Source: Alphaproteobacteria bacterium
GTDB lineage: Bacteria > Pseudomonadota > Alphaproteobacteria > UBA7887
DNA: 64,000 nt
Assembly: GCA_965216755.1 (NCBI GenBank)
Contig: CBDCGL010000011.1
Coordinates: 2,112,001 to 2,176,000, forward strand
Reading direction: 5' to 3'
How positions within the stretch are numbered: the first letter of the stretch is position 1; every line of letters starts with the position of its first letter. Position numbers and translations under genes: made by a program. Of this stretch, positions 48,888-56,682 are shown one piece after another. Below the pieces are notes generated by a model. It did no database searches. It was not told the origin of the DNA and saw only the letters and a list, made by a program, of their open reading frames with translations.

Positions 48888-49832
48888 ATGACCCGCGTTT
48901 CGACCCTTGCTCAAAACCAGTTGATTTTCCGCAGCACCCAATTGACCCAGCAGCGGCTATTCGACCTGCAGCGCCAAGCTTCGTCCGGCGAAAGGGCCGA
49001 TACCTTTAAGCTGCTTGGCGGCGACGGTTTCGTATTGACCACGGCGAAATCACGTGCGGCGCGTTTGGACCACATTATGAAAAGCAACATTCAAACCAAA
49101 ACGCGCCTTGATTTGCGCGAGCGTGCGGTCAACGAAATCGTCGACATCGCCAAAGACGTCAAGGCCGCTTATTTGAAGGCCGAAGGCGGATTTGACGCCA
49201 CATATCTGCAGTCGGAAGCCCAGGACATGATGGAGCGCGTGTTCGCATTGCTGAACTCACGCGACCAAAACGGCAACTACCTGTTTGCCGGCTCTCGCAC
49301 CGACACCGCCCCCGTCAGCTTCACGCTCAACGGCGCGCCGCCGCCCCACTATACAGTCACCTACAACAACGACACATTGATCGAGCAGGCCAATATCGAT
49401 GACAATTTGACCGTCCAGATCGGCGTCTTGGCGGCGAGTAACCCGACCGCGCCATCCGGCACGTTTCAGCCGCTTATCGACATTCTCAACCACTTCGCCG
49501 CCGGTTACTATCCACCGCCCTATGCGGCCACTGCCCTGCCCCCCCCGATTCCGGCCAGTCCGACACCGGACCTGATCACGCCGCTCATCGACCAGGCCTT
49601 CGACCAGATCAACCAGCTGGACGGCGAATTGGGTATCAAGCAGAAGCTGCTGGACGAAGCCAACGAACGGATGCGCTTTGACTTGGACTTGACCAACGAG
49701 TTCATCACCCAGGTCAAGGATGTCGACATGGCGGAGGCGGTGGTCGAGTTGAGCCAAGCCCAAACCGCTCTGGAAGCGACGTTTCGGGTGACCGGAGAGT
49801 TGCGTGGACTCAGCCTGGTGAATTTCCTTTAA
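48888..49832 (+). CDS. flgL: Flagellar hook-associated protein FlgL
   Basis: 'MTRVST', 'SSG', 'LN....G.YLFAGSRTD..P', 'DVDMAEA...LS....ALEA.F......LSL.NFL'. Confidence 0.9.
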   Translation: MTRVSTLAQNQLIFRSTQLTQQRLFDLQRQASSGERADTFKLLGGDGFVLTTAKSRAARLDHIMKSNIQTKTRLDLRERAVNEIVDIAKDVKAAYLKAEGGFDATYLQSEAQDMMERVFALLNSRDQNGNYLFAGSRTDTAPVSFTLNGAPPPHYTVTYNNDTLIEQANIDDNLTVQIGVLAASNPTAPSGTFQPLIDILNHFAAGYYPPPYAATALPPPIPASPTPDLITPLIDQAFDQINQLDGELGIKQKLLDEANERMRFDLDLTNEFITQVKDVDMAEAVVELSQAQTALEATFRVTGELRGLSLVNFL

Positions 49833-49890
49833 ATTTTACAGATATATTTATCGAAATATAAATATAAACTCGTCTTTTCTGCACGCCTAC

Positions 49891-49922
49891 TTAGATAAAT
49901 ATTTAGATATATTTAGATAAAT
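49891..49922. repeat. AT-rich tandem direct repeat (TTAGATAWAT x3) in the flagellin upstream region
   Basis: TTAGATAAAT-AT-TTAGATATAT-TTAGATAAAT. Confidence 0.7.
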
Positions 49923-50252
49923 CACCAATTGGTCGAAAACAGCATTAGTGTGATGCCGCTCACAACGATTTTCAGAATCCACCAAGAAGCCAACCTGACC
50001 GCTCATAACAAACTGATTTATTAAGGATTTCTGACGATACGGCCAAAACAGTTGTGGTGGCGGGTCACCGCATCTCATGGCGAGACCGCACCGTTCACAA
50101 CGGGCGAGACTTTCGATTACTTGATTTCGATTTCGCGGTTTCTAATGTCAATCCCGCGGCGAGACGTGATCGATGCCAGAAGGGTATCTGCGGGCCTGCC
50201 GTGATGTCTGCATAACGCAGCCGTCAACTACCCAGAACAGGAGTAGGTTCAT

Positions 50253-51077
50253 ATGGCAATTTCCAATTCGATTAACACCAATGTCGGCGCCCTCGTCGCG
50301 CTCCGCAATCTCGGCAGCACCAACACGGCGTTGGCCGCGACCCAGGACCGCGTGTCGACCGGCTTTAAGGTCATCGGTGCCAAAGACAACGCCTCGTCCT
50401 TCGCGATTGCCCAAGGTATTCGCGCTGAGGTCAAGGCAGTGGCGGCGGTGCGGCAAGGTCTGGCCAATGGTCAGGGTGTTGCCACTGTCGGTATTACTGG
50501 TGCAACCGCCGTGTCCGATCTGTTGCAGGACATCAAGGGCAAAATCATTGAGGGCTTAAACCCAGGTAACACCACCGAGCAACAAGCCATTCTCAATGCT
50601 GACTATTCTGAGCTCGTCGGCCAGGTTCTGAACTTCATTCAGAACGCTGAATTTAACGGCCGTAACATTCTTGAATCGGGCGGTTCCGCGGTGAACGTGA
50701 TCGCCGATACGTCTGGTGGCGCGTTGACGGTTCGCGCACAGGATCTGGAAGCAAATGCTTACAGCCTGCTCAACGCCCAGAATTTGGCTTCGACCACGGC
50801 CGCGTCGGCCGCTCTGACGGCGGTCAATTCGGTCATCGCAGTCGTCAACACGGCGCTCGGCCAGCTTGGTGCCGACAGCCGCGCGCTTGAGTTCCAGGAC
50901 AACTTCTTGGGATCGATTTCCGACGCCATTGAAGAAGGTCTCGGCGCCATCGTCGACGCCGACCTGGCCAAAGAATCGGCGCGGTTGCAGTCACTGCAGG
51001 TTAAGCAGCAGCTCGCCGTGCAGACATTGAGCATCGCCAACGGCGCGCCGCAGGTGCTGTTGTCGCTGTTCAGATAG
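50253..51077 (+). CDS. Flagellin 1 (short, Caulobacter-type, 274 aa)
   Basis: 'SINTNVGALVAL.NL', 'RVSTG.KV..AKDN', 'FNG.N', 'IVDADLAKESARLQ.LQV.QQL..Q.LSIAN'. Confidence 0.96.
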   Translation: MAISNSINTNVGALVALRNLGSTNTALAATQDRVSTGFKVIGAKDNASSFAIAQGIRAEVKAVAAVRQGLANGQGVATVGITGATAVSDLLQDIKGKIIEGLNPGNTTEQQAILNADYSELVGQVLNFIQNAEFNGRNILESGGSAVNVIADTSGGALTVRAQDLEANAYSLLNAQNLASTTAASAALTAVNSVIAVVNTALGQLGADSRALEFQDNFLGSISDAIEEGLGAIVDADLAKESARLQSLQVKQQLAVQTLSIANGAPQVLLSLFR

Positions 51078-51085
51078 GCGAACGG

Positions 51086-51118
51086 AATAGTGGGGCCGGC
51101 ATTGTCCGGCCCCCTATT
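51086..51118 (+). terminator. GC-rich stem-loop after flagellin 1 (no U-tract; terminator or mRNA stabiliser)
   Basis: AATAG-T-GGGGCCGG-CATTGT-CCGGCCCC-CTATT. Confidence 0.65.
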
Positions 51119-51136
51119 GCGCCTAACTAATTAGAC

Positions 51137-51553
51137 ATGTCCCTGAAGCTGACGTTGAAGCCGGGTGAACGTGTCGTCGTCAACGGCGCAGTGCTGACCA
51201 ACGGCGCCTCCAAGATCACCATCGGCATCGAAAACCAAGCCACGATCCTGCGCCATAAGGATCTGATGCAGCCGGAGGAAGCGAATACGCCGGCCAAGCG
51301 TATCTATTTTCAGGTCCAATTGGCCTATCTCGACCCTGACAATCGTGACGAATATTTACGCAGCACTAACCAATTGGTGAGAGATTTCGTAGGTGCGGTA
51401 CCGACAGCCGAAGTCACGGAAATGCTTGAACCGTTGGGCCAGGAAATCGCCAGCGGAAAATATTTCCAGGCGCTCAAACGGTGCAAGAAACTCATGGCGT
51501 TCGAAGAAACGAGACTGAACTATGGCCGCGAATCCTTATGCGAATGCAATTGA
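51137..51553 (+). CDS. flbT: Flagellin post-transcriptional regulator FlbT
   Basis: 'LKLTLKPGERVVVNGAVL.NG', 'A.TPAKRIYF..Q..Y', 'Y.ALK.C.KL..FE'. Confidence 0.95.
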   Translation: MSLKLTLKPGERVVVNGAVLTNGASKITIGIENQATILRHKDLMQPEEANTPAKRIYFQVQLAYLDPDNRDEYLRSTNQLVRDFVGAVPTAEVTEMLEPLGQEIASGKYFQALKRCKKLMAFEETRLNYGRESLCECN

Positions 51554-51860
51554 GACGACGGAATCGCCGCGTGAGCGGGAGTACCGTCTGCTCGCCCGTG
51601 CGAACCGGATGATGAGTGAAACCGAGGGCAAAGACGACCTTGGCGCCCTTTATCGCGCGGTCTTGTTCAACCGGCAGATTTGGAACACATTCCTGATCGA
51701 CCTGACCGACCCGAACAATCAGCTTCCAAAAGAACTCAAGGGCGCCTTGATTTCGATTGGCATTTGGGTCGAAAAGTTCTCAGACAAGGTCTGCGACGGC
51801 GATGAAAGCGTCGCCGATCTCATCGAGGTCAATCGATCGATCATGGAAGGCTTGGCCTGA
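51522..51860 (+). CDS. flaF: Flagellar biosynthesis regulator FlaF
   Basis: 'SPRE.EY', 'N..IW.....DL....N.LP..L...LISI..WV', 'LI.VNR.IMEGL'. Confidence 0.95.
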   Translation: MAANPYANAIETTESPREREYRLLARANRMMSETEGKDDLGALYRAVLFNRQIWNTFLIDLTDPNNQLPKELKGALISIGIWVEKFSDKVCDGDESVADLIEVNRSIMEGLA

Positions 51861-51938
51861 TCACACAACGCCCCACTTAGGACAATCAGACGGCGCGGCA
51901 TTCCCGCGCCGTTTTGCGTTTCTGAGCATAGGCATGGC

Positions 51939-52050
51939 GGCAAGACTTGCCCGGTTGGACAGGCTCGGGCTCAGCAAAAGCCGACGAAGACCACCATTCT
52001 TTATGTAAATCAATAGGTTAGAAAACCCCAGGAATGGCACACCACTTGCT
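51939..52050 (+). promoter_or_regulatory. Complete sigma54 promoter module of flagellin 2: ftr enhancer, IHF site and -24/-12
   Basis: GGCA-AGACT-TGCC (51939-51951); AATCAA-TAGG-TTA = WATCAA-N4-TTR (52008-52020); TGGCAC-ACCAC-TTGCT (52035-52050). Confidence 0.85.
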
Positions 52051-52091
52051 AGCCATCTGCGCCGAAACAGTTATTGGCAAGGAGGTCGGCA

Positions 52092-52919
52092 ATGGCCATC
52101 CAGAATTCCATCAATACCAATGTCGGCGCGCTGGTTGCGCTGAGAAATCTCAACAAGATCAATACGGACCTCGGCAAGACCCAGGACCGGGTTTCGACCG
52201 GCCTGAAAGTGGTCGGCGCCAAGGACAACGCGTCGTCGTTCGCGATCGCCCAGGGCATTCGCGCCGACGTCAAGGCGCTCGCTGCGGTGAAACAGGGTTT
52301 GGCCAATGGCCGCGGCGTGGCATCGGTCGCCTTGGCGGCCACGACGGACATCTCGAAAATCCTGTCCGATGTGAAAACCAAGATCATCGAAGGGCTCAAT
52401 CCCGGCAACACGACCGAGCAACAGGCAATTCTAAATGCCGACTATGCCGAACTCGTTGGTCAGATCTTGAACTTCATTCAAAAGGCTGAATTCAACGGTC
52501 GCAACATCCTCGAGTCCGGTAGCACCAACGTGAATGTCATATCCGATATCGATGGTGGCGCCTTGACCCTGCGCGCACGCAATTTGGAAGGCACCGCATA
52601 CAGCCTGCTGAACGCGCAAAGCCTGGCCACAACCGCGGCGGCGTCCGCGGCGCTGACGGCCGTCAATTCGGTCATGGCGACAGTCAACACCGCGCTTGGC
52701 CAACTGGGCGCCGATGCGCGCGCGCTCGAGTTTCAGGATTCGTTTCTCGGCTCGATTCTGGATGCCACGGAAGAGGGCTTGGGTGCCATCGTTGACGCCG
52801 ATCTGGCCCGTGAGTCGGCCAAGTTGCAGGCGCAGCAGGTCAAGCAACAACTCGCCGTGCAGTCACTCAGCATCGCCAATTCGGCGCCGCAAGTGCTGCT
52901 TTCGTTGTTCAACCGATAG
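52092..52919 (+). CDS. Flagellin 2 (paralog of flagellin 1)
   Basis: Same N- and C-terminal flagellin motifs; AAGGAGG RBS before the ATG at 52092. Confidence 0.96.
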   Translation: MAIQNSINTNVGALVALRNLNKINTDLGKTQDRVSTGLKVVGAKDNASSFAIAQGIRADVKALAAVKQGLANGRGVASVALAATTDISKILSDVKTKIIEGLNPGNTTEQQAILNADYAELVGQILNFIQKAEFNGRNILESGSTNVNVISDIDGGALTLRARNLEGTAYSLLNAQSLATTAAASAALTAVNSVMATVNTALGQLGADARALEFQDSFLGSILDATEEGLGAIVDADLARESAKLQAQQVKQQLAVQSLSIANSAPQVLLSLFNR

Positions 52920-54762
52920 CCGAGCTGACTTGACCCCGGTCGATCCGCGTCCGGCCTTCATCGCCAAATCGCTGTTTCAGCCGCGCCGCCACCGACGCGA
53001 TGACCGGGGTCCAATCGCCTGCCGTCTGCTGACGGAACAAGTCCATGCGCGGATACCACAAGGTATCGGCGCGATCGCATTGCCAGCGCCAATCTGGCAC
53101 CGCCGGAACCATCGTCCACGCCGGACATCCCAAGGCGCCGGCCAGATGAACCGCCGTGTTGGACGTGGATATGACCAAGTCCAGCGCCGCGATCTGCGCC
53201 GCGAAGCGATCCAAATCGCGCAATTGGTCGACCGTTTCGTCAGCATAAATCGACCGCCCAAAGCGGCGCCCCACCATCGCCAGATCCGCGGTGCAATCGC
53301 CATATTGCAGATTGATGAACTGGGCGGGACAAGCATCCAATATGGGTCCCCAGTCTGCCAACTCCGAGGATTTCTGCGCTTTGAAGTGTAGATCCGCCAG
53401 CAGCTGCCGCTTGCTCTGACTGCGCCAGGCGATTCCGATCAATGGCCCCTGGCCACGGGCTGCATAGCGTTCGCGCAAGGTCGCCACCTGCGCGGCATCG
53501 GCCCGCAGGTACGGTGTCGGTTGTCGGAACCGCGTGGAATCGCGACGGAGCCAGCGCGCCAAGGATCCGATCGCGCAGTGAAAATTAATGCCCTCGGTTT
53601 GAAGCGCCGATTGCGGCGGGTCGGTGCGCGCATGAACGGTGACAGACGCAAACGACCGCCGAAAAAGAGGAACCAAGCGGGGGTCACATTCGACGATCAC
53701 CTGGCGCGCTTCGGCAGCGAGATCCGGCAAGAGAGAGGCCAGCATCACCTCATCGCCGGCACCCTGTTCACCCCAAACCAAGATCGTCCGTTCTGCAAGC
53801 GACTCACCTTGCCAAGTTGGCACCGGCCAATGCCGCCGCCAGGTCTGCGGCTCGCGCCAGCGCCATTCCCACAGATCGAAACCCTCGGCATATTGGCCTG
53901 TCAGAAGCAGCAAACGGGCGAGATTGACGTGGGCAGAAACATTGTCCGGGTCGGCGGCCAGGGCCTGGCGGTAATGGCCGATGGCCGTGTCCAATTGCCC
54001 TGTTTCAGCCAAATCGACCGCCAGATTGTAGTGACCTTCGGCGGCCTTTGGTGCAACCGCGACGGCACGTTGGAACTGCGCAGTGGCGAGCCGCGCTTGC
54101 CCGCGCGTTTTCAAGGCGATGCCGTAGCCGATCAGGGCCCTGGGGTCATCCGGCCGACCGTCCAACGCGCGGCGATAGGCGCTTATGGCATCATCCCAGC
54201 GTCCGGAATCCGCCAAGGCATTGGCGTAATTGATGCGCGCGTCAATGTCGCCTGGGCGAAGTTGTAGCGCGCGCTCCAGAACTTCCAGCGCGTCTTTGGC
54301 GGCACCGACTTGGCGAAAGCTGGCACCAAGGTTTAGGAGCGCCTTTCCATGCTGGGGATCGATCGCCAACGCCTGTTGGAAAGCCGCGATCGCAGCATCG
54401 GATCGATCCAGTGCGCGCAAGGCCAAGCCCCGATTGTTGTGGGCATCCGCGTGATGGGGCGCCAAGTCACAGGCCCGTTCGAAACAGGTCAGTGCCATCT
54501 TGTAGCGCGCACCGGCGCGGTGCACTTCGCCCAAATTGTTGTGGAGATCCGCGACTTGCGGGGCAATCGTGATCGCTTGGCCGATGAGCGCCACGGCGGC
54601 GTCTTGGTTGCCGAGCTGATGGGCCACAACGCCGCTCAAATTCAAGGCATCGACGTGGCCCGGCTGCGCGCGCAAGATCGCCTGATATTGGGCCATGGCT
54701 TCGACCAACCGGCCGGCGCGATGGAGCGCCAAAGCTGCTTTCAGGTCAGCGGAAGCAGGCAC
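52909..54762 (-). CDS. TPR + GT-B glycosyltransferase (FlmG-like), paralog 1
   Basis: N-terminal TPR array; 'WEWRW', 'WGEQGAGDEVM', 'IGIAW', 'INLQYG', 'ALDLVISTSNTAVHLAGALG', 'PDWRW', 'WYP..LFRQ'. Confidence 0.8.
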   Translation of the reverse strand: MPASADLKAALALHRAGRLVEAMAQYQAILRAQPGHVDALNLSGVVAHQLGNQDAAVALIGQAITIAPQVADLHNNLGEVHRAGARYKMALTCFERACDLAPHHADAHNNRGLALRALDRSDAAIAAFQQALAIDPQHGKALLNLGASFRQVGAAKDALEVLERALQLRPGDIDARINYANALADSGRWDDAISAYRRALDGRPDDPRALIGYGIALKTRGQARLATAQFQRAVAVAPKAAEGHYNLAVDLAETGQLDTAIGHYRQALAADPDNVSAHVNLARLLLLTGQYAEGFDLWEWRWREPQTWRRHWPVPTWQGESLAERTILVWGEQGAGDEVMLASLLPDLAAEARQVIVECDPRLVPLFRRSFASVTVHARTDPPQSALQTEGINFHCAIGSLARWLRRDSTRFRQPTPYLRADAAQVATLRERYAARGQGPLIGIAWRSQSKRQLLADLHFKAQKSSELADWGPILDACPAQFINLQYGDCTADLAMVGRRFGRSIYADETVDQLRDLDRFAAQIAALDLVISTSNTAVHLAGALGCPAWTMVPAVPDWRWQCDRADTLWYPRMDLFRQQTAGDWTPVIASVAARLKQRFGDEGRTRIDRGQVSSAIG

Positions 54763-54774
54763 GGCGGTACGACG

Positions 54775-56673
54775 TCATGGGCGCCACGATTCAAGGGCGC
54801 GACCGATTTGCGCAAAAACCGCCGCCCAATCGCCGGGGCTGGGCTGCCGAAAAAGGCGCGCCTCAGGATACCAGCGGCTGGATTCGCGGCCCAAGCCCCA
54901 ACGCCAATCGGGCACGTGTGGCAAGGCGATCCACACCGGCATGCCGAGCGCGCCGGCCAGATGCGCGGTTGTGTTCGAAGTCGTGATCACCAGATCGAGG
55001 GCGGCGATTTGCGCAGCGAAATCGTCGAGACTGTCCAGTTGATCAATCTGTTCATCAACGTGGATCACCGCGCCCCATTGGCGCTGGGCGGCAGCCAGTA
55101 TATCGTCACATGGACCGTATTGCAGATTGACGAACTGACAGTCTGCTTGCTGCAACACCGGTGCCCAAGCATCGAGCGGTGAAGACTTGGTCGCACCAAA
55201 TGACGCATTAGGGCCGGTGCTGCGCCAGGCGATTCCCACCCGTGGTCCCTTGCCCCATGCCTTGTAGCGTTGGCGACAGGAATCGACCTTGTCTGGGTCG
55301 GCCATCAAGTAAGCACTGGAAGATCTGGCGCCAGCGTTCGATTGCCAACGCAACAAATCGCCAGACGGGCATTGATAGTCGATTTTTCCATCCAACAACC
55401 GGCGGTTAGGCCGATCTTGTCGACCGCAGACCCCAGCGTCGGGCCATGACCGCGCGAACAAAGGAACCAGCCGCATATCGCATTCAATGACACAGCGCCG
55501 GGCGCCCGCCACCACCGGCGCCAAGGCTGAGGCGAACATGATCTCTTCGCCAATTCCTTGCTCGCCCCAGACCAGGATCGCCCGACCGTCCAGGTTTTCG
55601 CCATGCCACGGCGTTTGCAAGAACGGCCGGCGCCGCTGGCGCCCCTCGGGCGTCTCCCAACGTGCGGCATAGCCGGCCAACCCTTGCTCAAAGTCGCCCC
55701 TGAGCAACCGGATCATTGCCAAGTTGAGTCGGGTTGGCGCCGATTCAGGCGCCAAATGCCCGGCGGTTTCGGCGCTGGTCAGTGCCTTTTCAACGTCGCC
55801 GCCGTCGGCGAGAACAATAGCGAGGTTGGTGTGCGCGTCGGCACTATCGGGCGCGATTGCTAACACCTCACGAATCGATTTCTCAGCTTCGTCCAACTCA
55901 CCCTGTTGCCGATGAACATGAGCCTTCACAATCAAAGCTGTCACATTCTTCGGCTCGTGCTGCAACACACTTTCGGCATGGCGCAGCGCCTCGTCGCAAC
56001 ATCCGCGTCGAGCAAGCGCGTCTGCCAGCGCGGCCCGCGATGTTGTGGCGTCAGGTTCGATTTCCACCGCCGCACGTAAGTGCGCGATGCCTTCGTCGTA
56101 GCGCCCCATGCGGGTCAATTCGGCACCGAGATTGGCGTGGGCGGCCGCGTAATGTGGGCGTAACTTAAGCGCCTCGCCATAGTGGCGCAGCGCATCCGCA
56201 TCACGGTCGTGCGCTGCAAGAACAACAGCAAGATTGTTGTGTGCCTCGACAAGCTTCGGATCCGTCTTGAGTGCAGCGCGGTAATGTCTCGCCGCCGCGT
56301 CCGGGACGCCCGTCTCGGCCAAAGCCAAGCCAAAATTATTGTGCGCCTCGGCGTGCTCCGGATCTAATTGTAACGCAATACGGTAGTGCTCTATTGCATC
56401 CGCCGTGGCGCCATGACGGGCAAGTGCAATTCCCAAGCGATTGTGGTAATCGGCATTCGCGTTATCGGCTTTCGTGGCCTCTTTCAAATAGCCAATGGCC
56501 GATTCCGCATCGCCGCGCTGCAAATGCAAAACACCGAGTCTATGCACAACGTCATGCATCCTCGGTGAAACCTCGAGAATGGCTCGATACAAAATTTCTG
56601 CTTGCTCAAGATCGCCTGCATCATGAAAGCTTGCGGCCTTGGCGAGTTCTCGTTTCAAGAATGGATTGGTCAA
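54775..56673 (-). CDS. TPR + GT-B glycosyltransferase (FlmG-like), paralog 2
   Basis: TPR array; 'WGEQGIGEEIMF', 'VGIAW', 'VNLQYG', 'ALDLVITTSNTTAHLAGALG', 'PDWRW'. Confidence 0.8.
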   Translation of the reverse strand: MTNPFLKRELAKAASFHDAGDLEQAEILYRAILEVSPRMHDVVHRLGVLHLQRGDAESAIGYLKEATKADNANADYHNRLGIALARHGATADAIEHYRIALQLDPEHAEAHNNFGLALAETGVPDAAARHYRAALKTDPKLVEAHNNLAVVLAAHDRDADALRHYGEALKLRPHYAAAHANLGAELTRMGRYDEGIAHLRAAVEIEPDATTSRAALADALARRGCCDEALRHAESVLQHEPKNVTALIVKAHVHRQQGELDEAEKSIREVLAIAPDSADAHTNLAIVLADGGDVEKALTSAETAGHLAPESAPTRLNLAMIRLLRGDFEQGLAGYAARWETPEGRQRRRPFLQTPWHGENLDGRAILVWGEQGIGEEIMFASALAPVVAGARRCVIECDMRLVPLFARSWPDAGVCGRQDRPNRRLLDGKIDYQCPSGDLLRWQSNAGARSSSAYLMADPDKVDSCRQRYKAWGKGPRVGIAWRSTGPNASFGATKSSPLDAWAPVLQQADCQFVNLQYGPCDDILAAAQRQWGAVIHVDEQIDQLDSLDDFAAQIAALDLVITTSNTTAHLAGALGMPVWIALPHVPDWRWGLGRESSRWYPEARLFRQPSPGDWAAVFAQIGRALESWRP

Positions 56674-56682
56674 GGCAGATAC

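Noticed and set aside
50041-50252. Possible c-di-GMP riboswitch before flagellin 1
   Set aside because: The GEMM consensus elements (GGCAAAC...GAAA...GACGCAAAGC) are not present.
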